A stretch of DNA of 63,787 nt, filler included, from Perkinsus chesapeaki ATCC PRA-425 (lineage: Eukaryota; Protista; Perkinsozoa), in assembly GCA_013115145.1 (NCBI GenBank). It is 9 parts of 9 records of this genome, joined end to end, with 100 filler letters (N's around TTAATTAATTAA, not from the genome) between each part and the next. Parts side by side here need not be neighbours in the genome. Positions count along the whole stretch, not along the records: positions 55,739 to 57,069 come from JAAPAO010002037.1; positions 57,170 to 59,425 come from JAAPAO010001645.1; positions 59,526 to 63,787 come from JAAPAO010001286.1; 6 more parts are not named here. One strand, given 5' to 3'. The position numbers and the translations under genes were made by a program. Each line of letters starts with the position of its first letter. Within the stretch, counting starts at the first letter, position 1. This document shows, piece by piece, positions 55,809-63,787 of this stretch. A model generated the notes under the pieces. The model ran no database searches. It had not been told where the DNA came from and saw only the letters and a list, made by a program, of their open reading frames with translations.

Positions 55809-56993
55809 CTAACAGTTTCCCGAGCTACCATCTGTCTTAGGGGCTATCGATTTCACCAATGCTGGGAGCTGAGGACAGTCACGTACAATGTGGTCAACAG
55901 AGGAACAAACAAAGCAACCGCTGTCATACTTCTTATAAGGGCATGTACTGACCGAGTGATTACCCGAACAGATAATACACTTAGGTGGACTCCAATCACA
56001 ACTACCATTCTGGGCCGAAGAAAAATCGCGTCCAGAACCACCAAGCTTCCTCAGATTATCATACACAGCCATCATAGCATTCTGAGAAGCCAGCAAAGTA
56101 TTGATAGCTTGTAGTAGTTGGTCGTTCGAAGAGGAGCTCGTTACACTAGCATAGTCAGTAGTCATACCAGCAGCCGCTTGAAGCTTGTCCACGGAAGTTA
56201 CCGAGGGCCTTTCCTTGTAGTCATCAAAGATCTGACAGGTCTCCTTAACCGTAGTAGGGCGCCTCCTCCTAAGCACAGACTTCACCGCATTAGGAGCATT
56301 GGCTATCAAACGATCCATGACCATCTTATTCATAACATTCTCAGACAACTTCTCATCCTCAGACAGGGTCTCATTATATGCCTTAATGTAGCGACGCAGA
56401 GAGGTTACAAAGGCTACAACCTTAGTAGTTCGATCCCAAGTCAGCGAGTTGAACCGGGCCAAAACCTCGTCAGGCTGGGTCAGGGCGAACATACCAATAA
56501 GCTCATCACGATCCTTGATGAAGTCCGTTTTGGTACAATTCTGATGCCAAACATCAAAATAAACACCACGTAGATGATTGCCCAAACGTTCAGCCATTTG
56601 TAACTCAGTCCAACCAGCGCCTCTAGCGTCAGCTTCATAGCGACGAAACCAGTCCTCGATGTCAGATATACCATCATAACGTTCAGGGACCGGGGATTGC
56701 ATAACTTGTACAACAATATTAGAGTCATTAGGGGCCATAGAAGATGGAGAGGAAGCACTTTTCCCAGAACCATTAGCCTTTAGAGCCTGTACGAGCTTGT
56801 TATGAGCAGCAGCACTCTCACGGGCCGCAGAGCTAGCCTTCTCCGCGATCTCATCTGAGGCATCCAACTGCTTGTACTCGTCGTAGGCAACACGTCCAGC
56901 CTCTTCCACATCCTTCTCGACCATAATAAAGTCACCAATCATAGTAAATAGAACCGTACAGCAACGAGTAAACCAACAAGGAGCTGCTACCAA
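55809..56993 (-). mobile_element. LTR retrotransposon gag (Ty3/gypsy-like) with two zinc knuckles
   Basis: PERYDGISDIEDWFRRYE capsid-like motif, CIICSGNHSVSTC and CFVCSSVDHIVRDC. The true start is probably one of the first internal ATGs. Confidence 0.85.
56983..56992 (-). promoter_or_regulatory. Candidate primer-binding site (initiator tRNA-Met type)
   Basis: TGGTAGCAGC on the minus strand, 6 nt after a possible LTR end (...CCCTAACA at 56999) and just upstream of gag. Confidence 0.6.
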
Positions 56994-57172
56994 TTAGGTG
57001 TTAGGGTTAATGACGACAATACCAGTTACTGTCCAAGTTCTATAAGATAACGCAAGCCAATAACCTTAANNNNNNNNNNNNNNNNNNNNNNNNNNNNNNN
57101 NNNNNNNNNNNNNTTAATTAATTAANNNNNNNNNNNNNNNNNNNNNNNNNNNNNNNNNNNNNNNNNNNNGAC

Positions 57173-59425
57173 ATGTCTCCAGCCCTAGCTGCCATCACCA
57201 CTGCGGCAGTGAACGGCCCTAGTCGTCACAAGAACCAGGCGAGTAAGTCCGCCAAGGACCCAGATGTCGTAGCCATCTGCCTCTCAGCTGCCACTGATTT
57301 AGGCCTGAGCAAAGACGCCTGCCTCAGATGCGGTGCATCAGGTCACGTCGCGGCTAGCTGCCAAGCACCCTATGACTCTATTGTACGCCGCAGCGAGCGT
57401 TGCCGCAGATGCGGCTGCCTGAAAAGGCAAGACCATCGATGTAAATCGAAGAGGTTTAGCTGCGCGCGCTGTGGCCGGAGTAACCACCTAGCCGGCATAT
57501 GCTTCAAAAGCAACCCACTGCCGAGCTCATCCTCACCAGCCGCCCCTCCCACTGAGAACCTCACCGTTGTCAAGACAGCAGCTGTCCATGTTCGAGCTCT
57601 ACAAGTCGACTGTTCAAGTACTGTGGCATCTCTTCTAGAAGGCGTTCCCGACGACCCCACCACTAAGTTGCGGTTCGGTGTGGACCCTACCATCGAGTAC
57701 TGTGAGGTCGCTGGCCTTCTTGACAGTGGCGCCAACCTCTCCCTCATGGATCGACGTGTGTTCGAGTTCCTCAACGAACACAATCTGATCTCTATCGGAG
57801 GACTGCAGCAGCTATCCAGCCCTGCTCATGTTACCTTCGGCAATCACTCTACTGTTGACGTCGCCCATGTGCTCACCACCAAGTGTTGCATTGCTTGCGA
57901 CGATTCTCCTACGGTCAACCTAACGTTCCTCTTGGTACCGCAGTGTAACCCGTCGCTTATCATTGGGCGCAATATGTTCTCTCGCCTTGGTGTGCAGCTC
58001 CGCTCGAGCAAGCTCTCTATCGGCAACGCTCTCAGCCAGCACGCAGTCTCGACTCACACCTCAGCTGCGGCCAATCCTCTTATCACTGAGTATGGCAATG
58101 CGACATGTTCGAGAGCGCTGACTAGTGCAACAACACCCTTCATCGAGCGGATCACTGAAGATGGTCAATCACGTCTACTTGCACACCTACCAGCAGTTGA
58201 GAACGCTAGTGTATATCCTTACAGAGCCGCTAAAAGACGCCGACCCCCTACTGATGACGCCATCATTCACAGCAAGCTTCTGGAGATGTCAACTCTAGGC
58301 AAGGTTGCGAAGGCTCAAGATAAGGAGGTCACTGTTGTCTGCCAACCGGTTCTCATCGACAAGTGGGACAAGGCCGATGGTACGTCTACTGCGCGCGTCT
58401 TTCCAATTCCTAAGGCTGAGCTCAAGCGTTACCGCCTAACTGTTGATTGCCGCCCACTGAACAACCTCAAGCTTTTGGTGGACGCTGACGGCAAGTTTCT
58501 TTTCATGCCCATCAATGCCACTGGTCAGGATCACACCTGTAAGGGTAATGAGGAGCATGTCTACAAGCAGTATCAGCGAGGAGCCACAGTCTTGCTCCGT
58601 GACATTCCTGGCGCACACCTAGGATGCTGGAGCAAAATTGATTTGGAGGACGCCTACGGTACACTTAGAGTGCCTAGCGCTCTCTCCCGCCTGTTTGGTA
58701 CTGTTAGTACTGGTCCCAATGGACAGCAATATGTCTGGACCCTAAAGACCCTCGCTCAAGGCTGGCGATGGGCACCATTATTATTTCAGCTGGCCATGAC
58801 CACTATCATCGACGAGGACGTCAACCCGGCACTGGCTAAAGCTGGCCTTAAGGCCTCGGTTATACATGTGCAGGACGACGTACTGATTTCAAGCTCCGAC
58901 GTCGACACCGGTATCAAGGCCTTTCTGATCGTTATCAACATTCTGGAGCAACGAGGTGGCTTTACTGTAAATCGGGAGAAATCCCAACGGCCCGCTGAGA
59001 CCACTAGCTTCTGCGGTTTACAACTCTGCCGTAATACGTACAGGCCGACCCCAAGCAGAAGGGAGTTCACTGACGCCACCTACACCTGGGCTCTCCAGGA
59101 CTTCATTAACTGCAATCCTGTTAAGAGCAAACGGGGAAAGAAGAAGTCGCCAACGACCGGTGACTTGGTTCGAGATCGTCGGCTTCAGTGGCTTAGAAGC
59201 TGGTGCGGTGTATTCAACTATCTCAATGGTCACCTTTCCCCAGAAGCACAACAATCTCTCAATGAGTTATATGCAGTTAGTAAGGTCTACCAAGACAGCA
59301 ACTCGACTGCCGAAAACCTCGACAACACAGTCAAGGCCGTTTCATCCGCATTCCGGGTTCTCTCCGACTTCTACCTTAGTGGTGTAATACCCTGTGCAAT
59401 CGGGAACGATGGCATAGCTACACTC
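57173..59425 (+). mobile_element. LTR retrotransposon gag-pol fragment (zinc knuckles, protease, RT, start of RNase H), bounded by gaps
   Basis: Uninterrupted ORF of ~750 codons with knuckles, LLDSGAN, SKIDLEDAYGTL, LAQGWRWAPLLFQ, HVQDDVLI, SFCGLQL and LRSWCGVFNYL. Confidence 0.9.
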
Positions 59426-59525
59426 NNNNNNNNNNNNNNNNNNNNNNNNNNNNNNNNNNNNNNNNNNNNTTAATTAATTAANNNNNNNNNNNNNNNNNNN
59501 NNNNNNNNNNNNNNNNNNNNNNNNN

Positions 59526-62500
59526 TGATGAGATTGTAGTCGTTGGACATTTACCAAACTGTCTGAGCAGATAACGATAAGAGGTAAGTTACCGGTGTTC
59601 TTGAAGATGTTCACGAACTGGTCGATATAGGGGATAGCAAGAATAATTGCTTGTAGTTCGAGTCGTACTACGGTCCATAAGGCCTTCGAATTGGGAACTA
59701 GTAGGCTGTGGGCAACCACACGATCCGTACCGCGGGCGGTAATGGTCAGAGCAATTGCTTGAGAAGATGCATCCACACAAGCAAAGTAAATGGGGTGACC
59801 AGTAGGATCCACTAGGGGGCTCACGAACCTTGCTTGAGGCTTCATATTACATAGTTGTCGTCGGCATTGTCGTAGTTGAGTAGCTAGTTCTTGTGGCATA
59901 ATGTCGTTGTTGTTGAGACCGGAAGTCAGAGCCTGGCGTAGAAGTAGACGTTGTCTTGTTGTGGTTTCTGCTGCAAGGCCTAGGGGGTCATAACAGGCAC
60001 ATACGTAAGAGAAGGCTTGCTGGACTCGTAGGGTAGTAGTGTTGTCGTTGATGTCATCGGTGTTATCGAAGAGGGGAGGTATCTTGTTCAGTAAGGGGTC
60101 GTACACTTCTGAGTCGTAATTACCGAGAGGTGGTATAGAGTAAAGCATGAGGTCACCGTTGTCGTCAATCCATAATCCTAGGGCTCGTTGTTGGGTAGAT
60201 TCATCAGTGATTCGCTTGGCCGCATTGATGTGAAAGTGGTGGTTGGCGAAATGCTTGATGTTGAGGTTGTGGACTTCTTCTCGTTCCTTCATCGATGTAA
60301 ACACCTGGGTGATATCATCGACGTGGGTGATGGTAGGGACGGGCCGGGGGTAATGAAGTGATTGCAGCTCTTTGAGAATGGTGTCAATGCTTGCCGCGAG
60401 GAAACCGGTAGATGGGGCAATGCCCATAGGGCATTTTGCAAAGCAGAACCATTGCTGTTGGTGCCAGAAACATAGCCATAACTCGTCGCTGTCGTAGACG
60501 TACATAGAGTAGAAGGCCTTCGCCAGGTCTTCGATGTGGAAGATGCGGTGGGTTCGTAGTAGTAGGAGAGGGTTTACAACGTTGATGGCGACATTGGAGC
60601 TGACCTTGTTGAGGTGAGGGGTTAGACCAGTACCGGTGAAGACTGGCCGTAAGGGGGTTGTCGACTGAGCGTGTCCCTTGACGCCAAAGTGACACATAGC
60701 CCAGAGTGGGACCTCATCTTCCTTTAATGGTCGGATGACGCCTCTGTGAAGTAGATCTTGGATACAGTCGTTGTAGTGCTGAAAGTCGTCTGTAGAAAGT
60801 CGGCGTAGTTGTGCTTCAGTTCGGGCTTGTATGCCGCGGAGGTTGGCATGTGGGCGGGCTTCTGAACGCCAGGGGAGTTTGTGGAAGTGCATGAAGGTAC
60901 CATCCGGTTGGGGAACTACCGTTAGGGTGTCGACTTTGTTGTTGTTGATGTGAGAGCAAGGGTCAAATTCGGCAATGTGGTTGTACTTGTGCTCATCGAT
61001 GACGGTTGTATGGGCGACGATCGAGGTAAAGTAGTTGCTGATGTAGTCGTCGAAGTCGTAGGTAGGCTGGTACTGCGGTTGGGCTTGTGTTGAAATGGCC
61101 TCGTTGTTGTTGAAGTCGTCCTCATCCGTAGGGCTTATGGTGAATGTACACGGTGATGTGGTTATATTGACGGTTTGGCACGAGGTGTGCTTGAGGTTAG
61201 CCAAGTGAGAAAGCTCCGGGAGTTCACCGTCATTGGCCTTGCCCGGAATGATGTCGTTTGCGGTTGTAGTTGTAGGTGAGGCTTTGTTGTCGATTAGCTT
61301 TACGATTGAGTCTCGTAGTGGGCCGACTTGTGTCCGTAAAAGTGGTTGTGTCTTCGTCATTAATATCATCATGTCCAAGTTGAGGAGGTTGTCGACTCCA
61401 ATAAGAAGAGCGCTATACAGCTGGTTAGCGCAGTGTACCCAAATCATAATGTGACCTTGGCGTGTGTTGAGCTTGAGTTGTGCTTGTAGACAGCTGGTGA
61501 AGGTCGCGCCATTTGCGGTAACCACAGTAAGAGTGGTGGTTTGTCGATAAGAACACACAAGTTGTAGTTGTAGAGCTTGTTGTAGAGTCTTGGAATTAAT
61601 GTAGGAGCGACTGGAGCCGGTGTCGATCATGGCTCTCATTTTATGTGATGAGGAGTCGGCGCCAATGAAGGTGAGGTCGGTATAAAGGGCTCCAGGTTCT
61701 TCGTCGGGTGACATCATTTGTTTTGGCGCTTCAGGGATGGTGGATTTGGTGAGGAGGTTCTCGCAAGATGGTTGCTCGTAGTTTGTCGGTTGGAGAGTGG
61801 TGCTGTTGACAGTGGTGATGGTAGTTGGACATGTGGTTGTGGCAGTTTGTTGTAGTGATAGAGCAACCAGACATTGTGCGAAGCATTGCTGGTTTACATT
61901 AGAGGCAGTGCTGGCTTGTTCAGAAGGTAGTGGGGGTGAAGTTTCGCCGGTTGTTGTTGTCGCCGAAGTAGAAGTAGTTGTAGGAGGCGGTTGTTGAGGT
62001 GGATTCGATGACGATGTCGTCGTTGTTTGTTGCTGCTGCTGTTGATGAGCCATGGGGTTGTAGTTCTGTTGCATGCAGATGCTGGCTAGATGGCCAATTC
62101 GGTTGCACCTAGCACACCTAATGGTGTCGGGCTTCCTACATTGTGGAAAGGAATGTCGGGTGTGCCCACACCTTTTGCAGCGTTGGTTGTGGTTCAAGGG
62201 CAGGGGTAGGGGACACTGTTGGGCTTGATGCCCGGCAGCACCGCAGCGGAAACAGGCAAGGTTTGTGGTGGTATTGGAATTGGGCCTTGGAGGTGATGTA
62301 GTTGTAGGTTGTTGTTGTTGTTGTTGTGAAGAGCTGTGATGCTGTGTGAAGTTAGTCTGTGCCTGAGTTGTAGTTGTTGATGCTGTAGAGGGTGGAGTCG
62401 ACGAAACCAATGTAGCCGGAAATGTGAAGCCTGATGTTACCGAAGAGGTGGAAGTCGTTGCCAGATGATAGGAACCGTTCTGACAGTGGTGGCGAAGACG

Positions 62501-63745
62501 ACTGATGTAGTACTGGAGATTACACTCGGAGAGATCTTGACAGGCTGGAGGAGGCAAGTAGTCGCCTGCCCATTGGCGGAGTGAAGGGGGTAGACAGCCC
62601 CATAAACGACCGAGAGCTTCAGCAGGGTCTATCACACGTCCACGAAGAGCGCCGACCTCAGTGCGGAGCTTTTGGAAGTCGTTGATGAAGTCGGGGAAGC
62701 TGGGATGGCCTTGTAGTTGAAGTGATTCCCAAGAGAGTCGTGCGTCCATGTGTGCAGTGCTTGTAGTGTAAGCCTCACGTAAAACTTCCATCAACCGTGG
62801 TAGAAAGACTGAGGCATCAATGCTAGTTGACGAGTTGATGGTACCGTACTTGGCAGTGTAGAGAGATGTTACGTGGGCTACGGCGCTCTGGGACATGGCC
62901 GTCATTATTAAAGCCACCTTCATGTTGTCGTTGGCCAAGATGTAGCGGAAGTCAGAGGTGATCTCGTGGATGAAGGCTTCGACCGTCTTCTTATCAGATG
63001 TACCGGTAAACAGTTCAGATTCTGGGGTAGGTTTTAGACGATTTGCGGTGATCAAAGCCTTGGTGAGGGCGTCCATGTGCGGGTCGACGTCGTTGTTGTC
63101 AGCATAACTGGCAGTTGCGGAGGGGGTAAACTTGATTGGTTGTTGTTGATCGACTGTAACTTGCCTTGTAGGGAATGTGGTCCGAGGCTCGGAGTTGACG
63201 TTCGTGTGTAGAGTGTGTTGATGGGATTCTAGTCGTACAAGGCGCGAGGCTACGTCGGTGAGAGCGTTTGTGACCTCTCTAAGAGCCGCTGTTATCAGTT
63301 TGTTGTGGTGGAAGGTTGACGATGAGTTGTTGCTGAGGTTACCAGATGTGGCATTGTTGGCGGTCAGGTCGTGAGTGGTCCTACCAGTACTGTTGGCCGG
63401 ATTCCGAGGCGTATTATCACCGTTGGTGTTGTTGTCGATGGCCGGCACTTGAGCAGTGTTGTCGGTGTTGTTGTTGATGGGCGGGTGTAGATCGGTGTTG
63501 TCGGTAATGACGTTGTCGTTGATGATCGGGTCATGAGGAGGGTATCCATGGTTGGAATACTCGTCGTCGGAGTTCTCAGGGTGGTCGTTGTTGTTAGCGT
63601 TATTGACGTTATCGGTATTTTGGAGTTGATTGTCGGGGTCATCGGTAGGTATGAGCCCCAACAGACGATTGCTTCGACGAAGTGCGTCTTCGGCAGAACC
63701 AGAGTTCTCGGATGATCGTGGCGGTCTAGTGGTTGAACTCGACAT
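59526..63745 (-). mobile_element. BEL/Pao-like LTR retrotransposon gag-pol polyprotein, 3' end (integrase) lost in gap
   Basis: Open ORF of ~1400 codons with three knuckles, MIDTGSSRSY, EDLAKAFYSM, CPMGIAPS and THVDD. Pao-type YDPLGL...ACVDASSQA...VVRLELQA...CSDSLVNVQRL follow. Confidence 0.85.
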
Positions 63746-63787
63746 GGAAATGGGATGGGATCAAAAAGTTTCTTATATCTTATTGCA

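Noticed and set aside
24239-59525. TTAATTAATTAA flanked by N runs, recurring at most gaps (e.g. 24283, 30006, 42268, 45418, 53017, 55683, 57114, 59470)
   Set aside because: An artificial scaffolding spacer with stops in all six frames, not biological. ORFs ending in X...LIN or X...N are artefacts.
54395-63700. Many short antisense or alternate-frame ORFs overlapping the transposase, gag, pol and protease genes
   Set aside because: These are shadow ORFs caused by codon and strand bias of the real genes, with no independent motifs.

Overview
Gapped scaffold from an intron-rich unicellular eukaryote. Short GT-AG introns and the gene families suggest a Perkinsus-like alveolate (inference). Gaps carry the artificial spacer TTAATTAATTAA. 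The first ~24 kb is mostly housekeeping genes, read by splicing exons by eye: PTPA, a BTB/KCTD-type protein, tRNA-Pro(UGG), PRP28/DDX23, an RFC small subunit, a CHCH-domain protein missing from the ORF track, and a Ser/Thr kinase. Decayed LTR and DIRS-type retroelements lie among them. The rest is accessory and repeat-rich: a mucin-like Cys-rich protein, a MULE/SWIM remnant, a 100-bp satellite, a minisatellite at both ends of one contig, tRNA-Thr and tRNA-Leu antisense within a coiled-coil gene, duplicated intronless aspartyl proteases and a GT77-type glycosyltransferase. A dense mobile-element cluster occupies 53-64 kb. The best novelty candidate is at 53.1-54.1 kb. It is a spliced HUH (CRESS-virus/Replitron-like) rolling-circle endonuclease gene with a 25-bp-stem hairpin of iterated 8-mers ending 14 nt before its ATG, next to a DD34E Tc1 transposase. 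Downstream lie a gag with a candidate -1 frameshift site and a Met-tRNA primer site, an LTR pol with an atypical VQDD motif, and a BEL/Pao-like polyprotein with HVDD. All calls come from motif recognition; no database searches were run. Many exon boundaries and some start codons are approximate.
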